This document shows positions 14,159 through 26,967 of a DNA stretch of 64,000 nucleotides, in pieces. The stretch is taken from NCBI GenBank assembly GCA_951406725.2, contig OX597814.1, forward strand, positions 191,022,001 to 191,086,000. The letters run 5' to 3'. The stretch's first letter is position 1; each line of letters opens with the position of its first letter. This DNA comes from Octopus vulgaris (taxonomy: Eukaryota). Below the pieces are notes generated by a model. It worked only from the letters and a program-made list of their open reading frames with translations. It did no database searches and was not told where the DNA came from. The position numbers were made by a program, and so were the translations under genes.

Positions 14159-14317
14159 CAGATATAGATATATAGATGATGGGCTGCTTTCAGTTTCTGT
14201 CTACCAAATCTACTCACAAGGCTTTGATCAACAGGAGGCTACAGTAGAAGACACTTGCCCAAAGTACCACATAGTGGGTCTGAAGCTGTAACAGTGTGGT
14301 TGGAAAGCAAACTTCTT

Positions 14318-14869
14318 TATTTTATCAAATTGGCCATGAAGGCCTTACAGAGAAGCAATGCGGCTGGATATATACATTAATGAGATGAAAATGACAAATA
14401 CAAATGATGTAAATGGGAAGGGTATTTGGTGCCTGCAGACTGAACACCCTTCGATATCACAGGTTCTTTTATTACATAAAAATCAAAAAGTCAATCAAAC
14501 ATCAAAAATACACTATCACTTTTCCCTTCCTCCTCCTTCCGAACTCCCAGTCAAATACCTAGCCGCCTGCAGAGCAGACCGCATTGACAACCGGGAGTTC
14601 AGAAGGAAGAAGGTGAAGTGCCTTTTATCAAATGTTTGTGTCGCACTGTGTCACAATTTATAACTCACCACCTCCGCAGTTACCTGCGGAGGCCACCTTG
14701 AACTGCTTGAGCACGCCGAGAACACACGTTCTCGGTCGCCCAAGCCACTCAAGTATTCATTGTCAAGCACCCTCTCAAGATAAAGGAGGATAAAATCCTC
14801 CTCCTCTTCGGCGTGGAGGGGTGTTTCTGTCTGCTCTATCAGTGGCAAAACTCCCACTGACAGAACCTC
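14318..14869 (-). mobile_element. 5'-truncated retroposed insertion (L1/Tx1-like 3' end) with coding-like frame
   Basis: 11-bp TSD GCAAACTTCTT (14307-14317, 14870-14880). Minus-strand frame of ~115 codons with one internal TGA, ~200-nt T-rich UTR, terminal hairpin GGCC-TTCAT-GGCC and A-rich tail. Clade assignment is inference. Confidence 0.7.
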
Positions 14870-15458
14870 GCAAACTTCTTACCACACAGCCATACCCGCA
14901 CCTATCTTAGAAGTTAAAAAAAAAACCATCTCAAAAACTTTATAATTTAATTCAACAAAGAAATGACTATAAGTACACAATCTTGTATCACTGAAACATT
15001 AATAAATTAGCAAATTGATTTTTTTTTTATTATTGCCTGTGGCTCTACACCTGAGCCTAATAGCAACAATATCTTATTTTCTGCAATCTACTTATCCACG
15101 CTCATATGTCGAATATAGAGAAACAAGTTGTGTTTGTTAAAACATACAAGAACAAGATCAACATGGAATATTCTGATAGAATACACACTTTCTAATAATG
15201 ATGCCAGCAAACTGTGAAATACAAAAAGAAGCTAAGCAATAACTTCACACTTCAACCATTCCAATGCTCTCTAATGAAATAATAAAACTGTTGCATCTAA
15301 ATTCAAACTAAAACTTGGTAATTGATTTAAAAGACATGACTATCGTACATGGTAATTGATGTTATAGATATGACTTAGCTATACAAAGGAGAAAATGCCA
15401 AGAAATATTTTCTCATGGTAGAGAAATACAATTTTTGTTCAGCAAAGAGCTTCCATTC

Positions 15459-15491
<33 letters not shown>

Positions 15492-16339
15492 TATGCATAT
15501 GTGTGTCTGTGTGTGCATGCATATGCATATGTGTGTGTGACTGGAAAACAGGGGTGGGGGCTAAGTATGAGAGTATTATGCTGGCATGAAAGCAAATTTA
15601 TAAGAAAACGGTAAAAAGTCATTATTTAAAAAGGCATGTAGCTTTCTTTCAAATAATATTTAAAAAATTAACATTTGTCTCTATACATTAGTCTCGTATC
15701 AGTTTTTGTATCATATGTTGATTCAGTTTATAATATTCATCTTCAGAAAATGTTTTCCTTATTAAAAAGTATAACTGATCAAAGTAGTTTTTCTTTCAAA
15801 TTAAAGGAGAAAGAAGTAGAAAAAGAAAATCTATAGGATTCAAAACGTTTATCTTTTTAATCTCTATAAAATACAATGTTGGAACATGTAGTATAATGAT
15901 GTTGTGCTAAAGGCCATATATGAAGCTTCCACGTTTCAGGAAACAAATTCAGATTTTTGCTCTTTTCATTAAATCAATAGAATAAAATTAAGAGAATTAT
16001 TACATTTGATTTCTTAAAGTAATTTCAAACGAAAACTCATAGGTGTACATATGCGTATGTACATGTGTATGTGTGTATGCAAATGTATGTATGTGTGTGG
16101 ACAGACCCATTCAACCTATGCAAGCATGGAAAAATGTATATAAAATGATTTTCTAAAATACAATTTCAAAAGCATTTGAAAATAATGTTTTCGATAAAAA
16201 CAATATTTTGTAAAAGCTTCAATGCTGCTATTTGAAAATATTATGTAAGTGAAAAGTAAAATAATCCATTACATTTTGCTCTCTTTAAGACACTTATTTT
16301 ACATACCAAATTTATGAAAATTTTTAACAAAGCAATACT

Positions 16340-16710
16340 CATCATCATCATCGTTTAACATCCATTTTCCGTGCTAGCACAGGTTGGACGGTTCGACCAG
16401 GGTCTGGGAAGCCAGGAGGCTGCCCCAGGTTCCAGTCTGGATGCCCTTCCTAATGCCAACCACTCCGTGAGTGTAGTGGCTGCTTTTTACTTGCCACCGG
16501 CACAAGTGCCAGGGAAAGCTGGCAGCAACCATGATCAGCTGGTGCTTTTTATGTGACACCGGCACAGAAGCCAGTCAAGGTGGCGCTGGCATCAGCCATG
16601 TTGGGATGGTGCTTTTTACGTGTCACCAGCACAGGTATCACAACTACAATTTCCATTTGATATTTATTTTGATGTTGATGTACTTGACTCAATAGGTCTC
16701 CTCAAGCACT
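16340..16710 (-). mobile_element. RTE 3'-end copy
   Basis: (CAT)n-CGTTTAAC...GGATGCCCTTCCTAATGCCAACCACTCCGTGAGTGTAGTG...GGTGCTTTTTA.GTG units. Confidence 0.85.
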
Positions 16711-16927
16711 ACTGAAAATGACTATAGAAGACTTTCAGGATAAACAAGTAAATACAGTTTTAAATATGATTTTTAGATTTTAAATGACTGCAAGGAATAA
16801 CAGACATCAATGAGTGATAGAGAATGAACCCAATAAGAAGAGGTAAACTGAAAAGCAACTAAACAGCAAGGTGTATCTGGCAAACAAGCTTAATTTTCTA
16901 GCTGTAGGCCTCTCTTTCATTAATAAT

Positions 16928-17632
16928 CGTGACCTGACTTTTCATCTGATGTCACTTCGTACATGTCTTTTAGTCCGACATCTTTTTGTCCAATTTTAAA
17001 TAAACTCTTTAGAAAACAAGGTGAACATCAAAATCAAATAATCATTGAAAATTTTATTGATGGGATTCAAGTAAAACTCCGTGGAAAAATGTATTTAGAA
17101 AAAAATCATTTTAAAAAAGTATTACGATATAACTAATGATTTAACAAATCTACATCAGTTGGATGAAGGTGCTCTTTATAAAAATAATTTTTGGCTTATT
17201 GTTTTCCGTTATGGTGTGAATTCACACTGAACACAGCCCACTTTTCTCACATCTCTAGTATTCTTTTCCTAGTTTGGTATTGCTTGAATGAAAACCGTAG
17301 ATGTAATTACTTTCATCAACTACTTTCCATTTGTGTTTGGTCGATACTATGAACTTTGTCATTTTGGAATGGGTAAATTAAAAACGTGTACACTAAATTT
17401 GCAGCATTCTCTATACACAACACCATATTTAAGAGGGAGAAAGTAAAACTGTTAACAGAGAAGGGAAAAGAATGATGATAATAACAATCTTATAATGAGG
17501 CTTGTTATAGTTCTGTGAATATATCATTAGATATTTCACCTTGTTTTCTAAAGAGTTTATTTAACATTAGACAGAAAGTCATAGGACAAAAAGACATGGA
17601 TGAAAAGTCATTTGATGAAAAGACATAGCACC
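16928..17632. mobile_element. MULE/foldback-like non-autonomous element with ~100-bp TIRs
   Basis: 16928-17030 is an imperfect inverted repeat of 17530-17632 (TAAATAAACTCTTT..AGAAAACAAGGTGAA / TTCACCTTGTTTTCTAAAGAGTTTATTTA, plus (T/G)(A/T)CTTTT subrepeats). TTAATAAT flanks both ends (16920-16927, 17633-17640). Confidence 0.8.
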
Positions 17633-18003
17633 TTAATAATATCTTCCATAAAAAGAAAATGTCCTCAAAGTCATGCTCAACTTGCAAGAGATAACAGTCA
17701 AATCTTTTTCAAATCATATCTTACAGTTAACAAAAAAAAAAAACCGGAAGGACGCTGAATAACACATTGAATAAAAGATGGGATGGTCACAGATGGCACA
17801 CCTTTGATAATGAGATTGCTAAATCAGGGCTGGGCTGGGTATTTAAACAACTATAAATATCCTTCAATCATAAATCACATACCTTTCTATATATACCTAA
17901 GAAATGTGAACTAGAAAATAAAATAAGTTGCTACAATCAACTAAATGAAAACTTAAATTTTATCTTATTTGGAAGCATATAAACTGGATTTATAGTAAAG
18001 AAC

Positions 18004-18216
18004 TGTGTGCAGACAATTCAACGAAGGACAATTGCCACATGGCCTCAGACTTAACATGCAGGCCTACATCAAGTGCCTGGACAAGGTTGTGTTGCCCTGG
18101 GTCAAGAGGGTGGCTGCCGGGGGGAGGGGACACCCTATGTCTGGCAACAGAACTCTGCACCATACCACACAATTGTCCCATCTGTAAATTGTCTTTTGTT
18201 GAATTGTCTGGCTACA
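18004..18216. mobile_element. Short MULE-like TIR element carrying a captured maT transposase fragment
   Basis: TIRs TGTGTGCAGACAATTCAACGAAGGACAATT / AATTGTCTTTTGTTGAATTGTCTGGCTACA; 9-bp direct repeat GTAAAGAAC (17995-18003, 18217-18225); interior ~18035-18170 homologous to 23570-23695. Confidence 0.8.
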
Positions 18217-18556
18217 GTAAAGAACAGATGATGAAAATATATTCTAAAGACTGATTTACATACAAAATATATTCTAAAGTGAACTGGTTTATCTTATTCA
18301 CTCAAACCCTTAGTGAGTTTATAAGCAGTGTCCACAGACGAACAAGGAGGGTAAATGGTTGCTAATGAAATTCCAACATAGAATTATAAAAAAACAAAGT
18401 CAGATAAAATCTACAGCTGTATTGAGATACATTATAGTATTGAAATAAAACACTTAACACACCAGTGATTTATACCTCATTCAAGGACATCAGTGAAGTG
18501 ATTATCTGACCAAGTATCAAAAATAAGTCACAATTTGACACACTGGCTGATAATGC

Positions 18557-18568
18557 AATGATTTTTCA

Positions 18569-18616
<48 letters not shown>

Positions 18617-18631
18617 TGAAAAATCATTTTC

Positions 18632-18663
<32 letters not shown>
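18557..18663. repeat. Perfect 72-bp palindrome centred on (TA)n, followed by a second (TA)n
   Basis: AATGATTTTTCACTTTT-(AT)n-AAAAGTGAAAAATCATT at 18557-18628. Confidence 0.9.
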
Positions 18664-18713
18664 GCACACTTAATGAGGTCCTAAAAGTGCTAAGCACACC
18701 ATTAGCTTTTTAA

Positions 18714-18933
18714 CCCTTTAGCATTCAGATTATTCTGTCAAATGTAATGCTTGTTCATTTACATGGTTTTGAATTAATCATGCATTATCTCGTTGCTTTG
18801 AGATTTTGATGATATGATCGTTTATTTTTACAGCAACATTGTATAGTAGACGTAAGAGGTCAGATCTGGCTGGTTTGAACATAAAATTGGAAAAATATTA
18901 GGGCCAAATATAGTGAGTTTAAATGCAAAAGGA
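18714..18933 (+). mobile_element. piggyBac-type MITE, family P2
   Basis: TTAA-CCCTTTAGCATT...AATGCAAAAGGA-TTAA; colinear with 61540-61755. Confidence 0.85.
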
Positions 18934-21900
18934 TTAAAGTTCATTTACTATATTAAAAATTATTTTCTTCGAAACAGGAGGGAGCATGCATTGCTCGTTG
19001 CCACAAAGATACACATGCAGTAACATGTTAAAAATGCACAAACACCAAAATTATTTTGGCTAGATTGTGTGCTGTGACATTTTCAAAAAGTCTATGTTAG
19101 CTTATAGCAAACAAAAATCTTGATTTTATAAGCAGCAATTTGAAACAGGAAAATGAGCAACAGGTTTGTCACCATTTCTAAGTCTCTCATTTTTGTAAAT
19201 AAAGTTTTATAGCATTTACATTAAAATATCAGACATTAATTTATACAACTCTTATCCTCTTCTTGACTGCTCTATGTTATTATTATTGTATTTTTTCTAA
19301 TTCTTTTTATTACCAATATAGACATCTAATATGGGATATAACCTGACAAAAGAACAATTCTTGTCACTGATCAATATGTCATCGTTAAAAATAAAATAAA
19401 AATTATATTTACCGCATTAATCTTTCCGATGTCATTCAATTCAAAACTCAATAACTCCATTTAATCAATATCAGTAAAATAAGAGGAGTGGGTGGGTGGG
19501 TGGATGGAAGAAAAATACACTCAAGCTTAATGAAGTCTTAAAATTCAGTAAAAATAATATAAATATTTACCGTGTATAAACAATCGATTTCAGTCTGAAT
19601 ACTGATAAGCAATAAAATTAACAAAATTACTTTTATTATATAAAATTTAGTCTTTTTTTTTACCTTTGTTAGATGAGGTATTTAAGCAACAGTTGACTGA
19701 CCAGATGTAACCAGACACCTCAGCTGATATCAACCAGTCAAATTCTTTAATTAAAAACAGAACTAGTGGTTACTCAACCTGCTAGAGTTAGCAGCCATAT
19801 CTCCATTAAACAACATCTTACCATCTTAAATAAAGGTGAGACATTGGAAAATATAGTTTGAGCAAAAGCATTCTGAGCTGATCTAGGGCCAAACAACAAA
19901 AGCAGCAATATATTTTTTACCAACTTCAAAATGATGAAAGGCAAAGCTGCTTCCAGTAAACTTCAACCCTGTACAGTCACAAAGCAAACTAATCACAAAA
20001 ATTTTGTCTCGGTTAAATCTTTACCCTAATTTAGGCACAAGGCTTCACATTTATAAAGAAGTGGCTGAGATTGTGAGGTTTTCATGCCATTATCTGAGAA
20101 GGATTTTTTTAGACTTTACAAGTTTTCCTAAAACTTCTTACTTTCATCTCAATCATTATTTTAATGTTCACTTTTCCATGCTTGCATGAATCAGGGAGGG
20201 TTTATTGAGGGAGATTTTCTATAGCCGGATGCTCTTCCTGTCACTAACTCTCACCCTTCTCCCAGCAAGGTAATATTTCCTCATGGCCAGACATGTTTTC
20301 ATAGAATATTGGAAATGGATGACACTGCTTGTATGACAGTGACACTCATTTACAACCATCACTTGATATTAAGACAAGGAAACATGAACATACACATATA
20401 TATATGATTAAATTCTTTCACTTTCTTATTTCTTTATTGCCCACAAGGGGCTACACACAGAGGGGACAAACAAGGACAGACACAGGTATTAAGTCAATTA
20501 TATCGACCCCAGTGCATAACTGGTATTTATTTAATTGACCCCCGAAAGGATGAAAGGCAAAGTTGACCTCGGTGGAATCTGAACTCAGAACGTAAGGTCC
20601 CTTTCTGTCAACCAAATTCACTCACAAGACTTTGGTCAACCAAGGGACATAGAAAACACTTATCTAAGGTGCAACAGTGGGACTGAATCTGAAACCATGT
20701 GGTTAGGAAGCATACCTGTTAATCAGACAGCAACACCTTCACCTACAATACATTTGTGAAGCACTAATAAATGGTAATCTCAAATCCAATGATAATTAAT
20801 ATTTAATAACATACAAATAACGCTTGCTAAACAGCTAATGACAATCTCATCAAGCAGAGATATAGCTTTCAAACAATCAATCAGTACATATATTGATTAG
20901 TTGTGGTTTCATCATGTATCTCGGTTGTCAACTCTTAAGAACCTGACACTAAGCTGTCTATTATCCAGCTAATACCCACTGTTTGACATGCAATCTTTAT
21001 CAGAATATCACGGTGTAATAAAAGCTAAGAATATTGGTGCCATCATTTGGAATTTAGATGCTAAAAAAAGATTTGTTAACTTGCATTTGCTGTCAGAAGA
21101 TACTTCTGAACTACTACTGCCAAAGCACACCCTTCCCAAACACACCTTTTACTTGTTTCAGTCATTGGATAGCAGCCATGGCAAGACACTGCCTTAGTCA
21201 AACAAATCAGCCCTAGTACTTAGCATTTTTTTTTCTATCAGTCTCTTATCAAACTGCCAGAGACATAAACAAACCAACAATTGTCAAGTAATGGTGGAGG
21301 ATAAACAAAGATACACAAACATACTGATGGGCTTCCATACAGTTTCTAACAACTAAATTTACTCACAAGGCATTTGTTGACATGACGCTTATAACAGAAG
21401 ACACTTCTCATAGGTGGCATGCAATGGAACTGAACCTGAAACCATGTAGTTGCAAAGCAAGTTTCTTAACCACACAGCCATATAGAAAAATAAAACACCT
21501 CATATATAAGCAACTCTTAGCACAAATCCTGTTAATCACCAGAGCTCAACCCATGGAACTCTATAATCAGTATCTTTTCAGACAAAGTTTCCCCACACAA
21601 ATTCTCTTTTCAACTTAACTTTAGCCTACTTGCACCTTCTACGTGCAATCAAATATAGAGACCTCATTGATCATACCAACTCAATAAGTGTTCTTACTAT
21701 CAGCTTCAAACAAACTAAACATCTGAACTAGTATCTATACTAACTTTTCAACTCTTTCCTTGACTGGAGCAATCTCTCAGACTTAGTTAACTTTTGGTCT
21801 ATTGTTAACATTTACAATATCTCCAAGGTGATGGTGACATTTGTAAATGACCACCTTTACCATTTAGAATCAGTGAAAACCAGCAGGCCTTCTAGAGAGC

Positions 21901-23222
21901 CAAATTCACTGGAGACATTAGTGGAGTTTTTACCTTTGAAAAGAAACAGTTCTTACTTTTGATCATGTATGCCACAAGAACTTCCTAGTTGCCACTTTAT
22001 CTTGTCTCTCAGAGTGACAGTTTCCTAACAGGTCACTATTACAGCAGGTATCCAAGGATTTTTCCTTGGCCCCCAACTATTAACTAAGATGTGCCTTCGT
22101 TAGTTTTATTGAAATGTGCCAAGAGGAGTCCAACACGTCTGCATCCTAAACATCAACAAGCTACTTACTCTCACTATTAATACAGAAACTGATACTACAT
22201 TTTCCCTCTTCAGCCTCAAACACATCTGCATCATTCACAAACACAACACAGCAAGAAATCTCCCACCTGACTTATATCCAACAGTTTGGCCAAACATTTT
22301 GCCTAACACCACAACAACCAGCAACCCATCAACATGCTTTATCTTATGTCTTTTCACTACTTACCATGGTTTCAGCTGTTCTAAACTAGCAAATAATACA
22401 TCAGCTATAACTCAAACCCACTAGACACCAACATGTCTTCTCTCAAAGATCCTATCTCATTCATCAAACCCTACACCAAGCACTTCTCTCCAATCCTTCC
22501 TATCTAGAATAAACCAAATATCACCAAATCGTACTGCAATAATTATAAGCATTACCTCAGACTAAACAAAGATTTTTGGCTCACTAATCTGTTCTATCTC
22601 TTATGCAAAAATTAAATAATAAATTTCTTATAAAAATAAACATACACATTCCTATCTGTTAAATAGCTATCTCTATTCTCTCCTTGCCTAAAAGAGAAAA
22701 CTATAATTGTTAGGAAAAAAAAATAATGGAGAAACTTATGTAAAATCTCATTTTAATACAGAAATATTTCAAAACTTGGGAGAAAATATCTATTCAAGTG
22801 ATGAATAAATACGGAATAACCTCTTCAATTCAACCGTTTCAATATAAACCAGCTTCTGTTTCCATGTTATCAACCTACACAAACTGTTTATATTTAAACT
22901 AAATTTTTTACTAAAATCATATTACAAGAATAATAATGGAATATTATTCAAGAGGCAGAAATCCTATCATAGATATCTGCAAAAAATAAAACATTCTTGT
23001 TTTAAAGTTAGATTCCAAACATTGGCCTAAAAACAGTAAATAAACAAAATTTAGCTATTTCATAAACCCAACCAAATTACCATTCTAAAATTGAAACCAA
23101 GTTTATTAATGTCTATCAAATGAAATATAAATACTAGAGCAAATTACCTTTGTTCATGAGTACCTTTACTAGCAAAATATTTATGCTATGTGAGGAATGC
23201 TTTGTTTGTTTATAAACACACA

Positions 23223-23960
23223 CAGAGGGTGCAATGAGTGAATTGTCACCATTTTATATTTTTAATTTCGTACATGCACAATGTTTGTTTTGGGTTTTGT
23301 CGACTACACAGTATAGTAGGGTCAGTTGGGCACCATGTTGTGAGGAAAAACAGCACCATTACAATTCACTCTACCAGAAAGTTGGAAACAACATACTGCC
23401 CTTCTTGGCATTCATGCCAGAAGCTCCTATATGAACATTTCAGAGTGTTTGAGTGTCAAGCTGAGGACATGTACTGAAAGTGATTAAAAATCAAACATCC
23501 AGTCAAGATTGTGGTGTTTAGAGTGATCACTAGTGATGGCGACGAAATACCTCCATTCGTCTTCCGACACAGCCTTACACCCAACACAGAGGACTACATC
23601 AAGTGTCTGGAGGAGGTAGTGCTGCCTTGGATCAAGAAGGTGGCTGCTGGAAGACCCTATGTCTGGCAACAGGACTCTGCACCATGCCACACAAGCAGGA
23701 GAACCCAGTTATGGCTGTTAGACAATTTCTACGACCACATAACCCCTAAAATCTGGCCATCTAATTCCCCAGACTGCAACCCCCTTGATTATTATGTGTG
23801 GGACGCAGTTTAGCAAGAGACCAACAGAACTCCCTGTAACAGCAAAGATGAACTGAAGGCAAGGATTATGGTAGCATTGGCCAACTTAAACAAGGAGACC
23901 ATCCTGAATTGTTTTTACTCTTTAGTATTTCAAGATACTTTTATGTAATTTTGGTAAATA
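23223..23960 (+). mobile_element. Internally deleted maT-family (DD37D) Tc1/mariner transposon
   Basis: Putative left end CAGAGGGTGCAATGAGTGAATTGTCACC and a transposase catalytic segment; the right end is not visible (a SINE follows at 23964). Confidence 0.75.
23511..23813 (+). pseudogene. maT/DD37D transposase C-terminal catalytic fragment
   Basis: YVWQQDSAPCHT...WPSNSPDCNPLDYYVW; I count 37 residues between the QQD aspartate and the PLD aspartate. Premature stop, N-terminal part largely deleted. Confidence 0.9.
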
Positions 23961-23963
23961 TAT

Positions 23964-24280
23964 AGGCACAGGAGTGGCTGTGTGGTAAGTAGCTTGCTTA
24001 ACAACTACATGGTTCTGGGTTCAGTCCCACTGTGTGGCACCTTGGGCAAGTGTCTTCTACTATAGCCTCGGGCCGACCAAAGCCTTGTGAGTGGATTTGG
24101 TAGATGGAAACTGAAAGAAGCCCGTCATGTATATGTATATATATGTGTATGTCCCCCCCCCCACCTCATTTGACAACCGGTGCTGGTGAGTTTACATCCC
24201 AGTAACTTAGCGGTTCGGCAAAAAGATACCAATAGAATAAGTACAAGGCTTACAATGAATAAGCCCTGGGGTCGATTTAG
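23964..24280 (+). mobile_element. SINE family A, 3'-truncated
   Basis: GGCACAGGAGTGGCTGTGTGGTAAGTAGCTTGC...GGTTCAGTCCC head, CORE-like centre, breaks at a hairpin at 24276. Confidence 0.9.
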
Positions 24281-26179
24281 AGTTCAGTGGGAAGACTGAA
24301 CTCTAAACTGGATACAAGTCTTATTTAATTTTTACTTTATATTTGAGACTGGATATAGTTTTTATTCTTTCATTGGACTGTGGCCATGCTGGAGCACAAC
24401 CATCAAGAGTTTCATTCAATTGTATTGATTTTGGTACTTGTTTATCTCCAGCATGAAATGAAAGAATTCATTCTTGATGTATTGGGAGAAGACTCAGTAG
24501 GAACTAAATACTGCGAGGTATATTTATTCATCATGCTTTCCCTTACCACCACAGGATTCATCGGATTTTATCTACTAATTTTCACCTACAAGACTTTGGT
24601 TGACCAAAGGCTACGGCTAAAATCTGGGGCCATGAGATCATACATTGAAGCCCAATGCAAAAAATAATTATCATTGAAAAGTGGTAGGTTGTTTGTGTAC
24701 GAATGAGTCTTTTTTCTTCTTCTTTTGGTGATAGATGGAGTGGGGGGGGGGGGGATAAATGAAAAATACATGACACAGTTTCAATATTCAGAACAGCCTT
24801 CAACTAATTTGCTAAATGCACTTGGGGAAAAGCAAACGCCATTCTTTCCATGACTAAATCTGAGGTATAATTTTGTACACTAAATGAAAAGAAAAAATAA
24901 CATTCCATAAAAAAAAAAATAAAGATTACTTTACAATTCCACAAATAATAATAATAATAATAATAAATTTCTTTAAATGAATGACAGAAATACATTGATT
25001 GAAAATATCTAAATCACATGTTACAAAGAATACAGATCATATCTAATTTGGGAAAAAGCTTCTCTTTTTTTTTCTCTCTTCATAAACACAATTTCTTTAG
25101 AAAATGAAAAGCAAGGAGAGAAAGAATCATTCTAAGAATTACATTAGATACTTCCAAGTTCCTTAAACTTGCCTTTAAAAAAAAATATGTATTATTGGTT
25201 TAATTGGGATACTTTGTTCGTTTTAAACTTTATTTTGAAAAGACCAACTCAAATAAATTAACACACCAGCTTGGCTTTATTTGAATCCCATCCTGATCTC
25301 CATACTTAAAGAATTGAGAATAGTGATGGAATCACCATCATCAAATAAACCTCTCTTTCATATAGAGTTGAAGTCAATAGTTGCAAAATGAAACAAAATG
25401 GTAAATTATTTTATTGAGTTCAAGTAATGAGGGGAAAAAAATTTTATCTTTTCATAATGGCACAGGTGTAGCGGTATGGTAAGAAGCTGAATTCCAAACA
25501 ACAAGCTTCCAGGTTTAATCCCGCTGCATGGCACCTTGAGCAAGTATTTTCCACTATAGCCTTGATTCAACCAAAGCCTTGTGAATGGATTTGGGAGATG
25601 GAAACTAAAAGAAACCTCTGTGTGCGTCTGTTTATCTGTCCTCCACCACCACCACTACTTGACAGTGTTGGTGGATTTAGCAAAAGAAACCGATAGAATA
25701 AGTACCTTGTGTAAGCAGTTTGCTTCCCAACTACATGGTTCCAGGTTCAATCCCACTGTGTGGCACCTTCGGCAAGTAACTTTTACTATAGCCTCAAGCC
25801 AACTAAAGCCTTCTCACTGGATTTGGTTGATGGAAACAAAAGAAGCCCATCATGTGTGTGTGTGTGTCCCACACCACCGCTTCATGGTCTTGGTGTGTTT
25901 ACATCCCTGTAACTTAGCAGTTTAGCAAAAGATACCAATAAAATAAGTTCCAGGTTTAAAAAACAAAATTTAAAATAATAAGTACTGGGGTCAGTTCATT
26001 TGACTAAACATTCTAAGAGGGGCCCCAGCATGGCCAGTGTCATGACAAACAAGTAAAAGAGAAAAAAATGGAAGTCTTCATGCATTATACATATTGCCAA
26101 AAAACACTGGAAAATAGAATGGTAAAAATAAAACTTGATGTCACCTAACATAAGTCTCCTTTACATGATTGTTTAACCT

Positions 26180-26520
26180 CGAGTCACCTGGCTCAGTGGT
26201 TAGAGCATCAGACTCACAATCATGTGTTTGATCCCTGGACAGGGGCTGTGTGCTGTGTTCTTGAGGAAGACATTTTATTTCACGTTGCTCCAGTTCCCTC
26301 AGCTGTAGAAATGAGTTGTGACATCACTGGTGCCAAGCTGTATTGGCCTTTGCCATTCCCTTGTATAACATCAGTGACATGGACAGGGAAGGATGGTATG
26401 CAAGGGTGACTGCTGGTCTTCTATAAACAACCTTGCTCAGACTTGTGCCTTGGAGTGTAACTTTCTAGATGCAATCCTATGGTCATTCATGTGCGAAGGG
26501 GGTCTTTACCCTTTACCCTA
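26180..26520 (+). mobile_element. tRNA-derived SINE, family C, with (TTTACCC)n tail
   Basis: TGGCTCAGTGGTTAGAGC A-box; ends TCTTTACCCTTTACCC; degenerate TSD AACCT(CG/TA)AGTCA. Confidence 0.8.
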
Positions 26521-26705
26521 ACCTTAAGTCAGCTCTGATTCAGCAGGTCAATGATCAAAAGTATTTGAACTGTTAACATCCCACCTGTTTATTGTTTTTT
26601 TTTTCTCTTTTAATAGATAATGTACCTAAAAACAACAATGTTCAAAATGTGTTCTTGTTACTTTTTAGCACCTGGCCTGCCCCAGTCCAGTAGACTCATG
26701 ATTAA

Positions 26706-26894
26706 TCCTTTTGATATCATTCTGCATGAGACTCTCCTTAGTCCTATGATACAAACTTCGTGTTTAAAATTATCTAAATTAAAACTTTCCATCAAAATTA
26801 TATGTTAATTTATGTTTCAAATTCCAGTTTAATTACTACAAAGCTGTTTTACTAAATTTTTTCCTTATTCAACAGAAATATAGTAACAAAAAGG
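26706..26894 (+). mobile_element. piggyBac-type MITE P1 (decayed)
   Basis: TTAA-TCCTTTTGATA...GTAACAAAAAGG-TTAA; interior similar to 9555-9776. Confidence 0.7.
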
Positions 26895-26967
26895 TTAAAA
26901 GGTTTTCCAGTTGTGCAGAAAAGTATCTTGGACTATGTTGCCCAATGAGTCTTCATCTTAAGATTAC

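Larger units (their letters stand above)
13560..14905 (-). mobile_element. SINE family A copy split by two nested insertions
   Basis: SINE segments 13560-13787, 14160-14317 and 14870-14905 join into one continuous minus-strand SINE once the two TSD-flanked inserts are removed. Confidence 0.8.

Noticed and set aside
19571-19601. Minus-strand micro-exon (attcag|ACTGAAATCGATTGTTTATACACG|gtaaat)
   Set aside because: Such splice-like matches are expected by chance in AT-rich DNA; no supporting exons; needs RNA-seq.
21600-22560. C-rich strand-skewed tract as a decayed LINE (likewise 28650-29160)
   Set aside because: Composition is suggestive but I could recover no recognisable RT or endonuclease motif.
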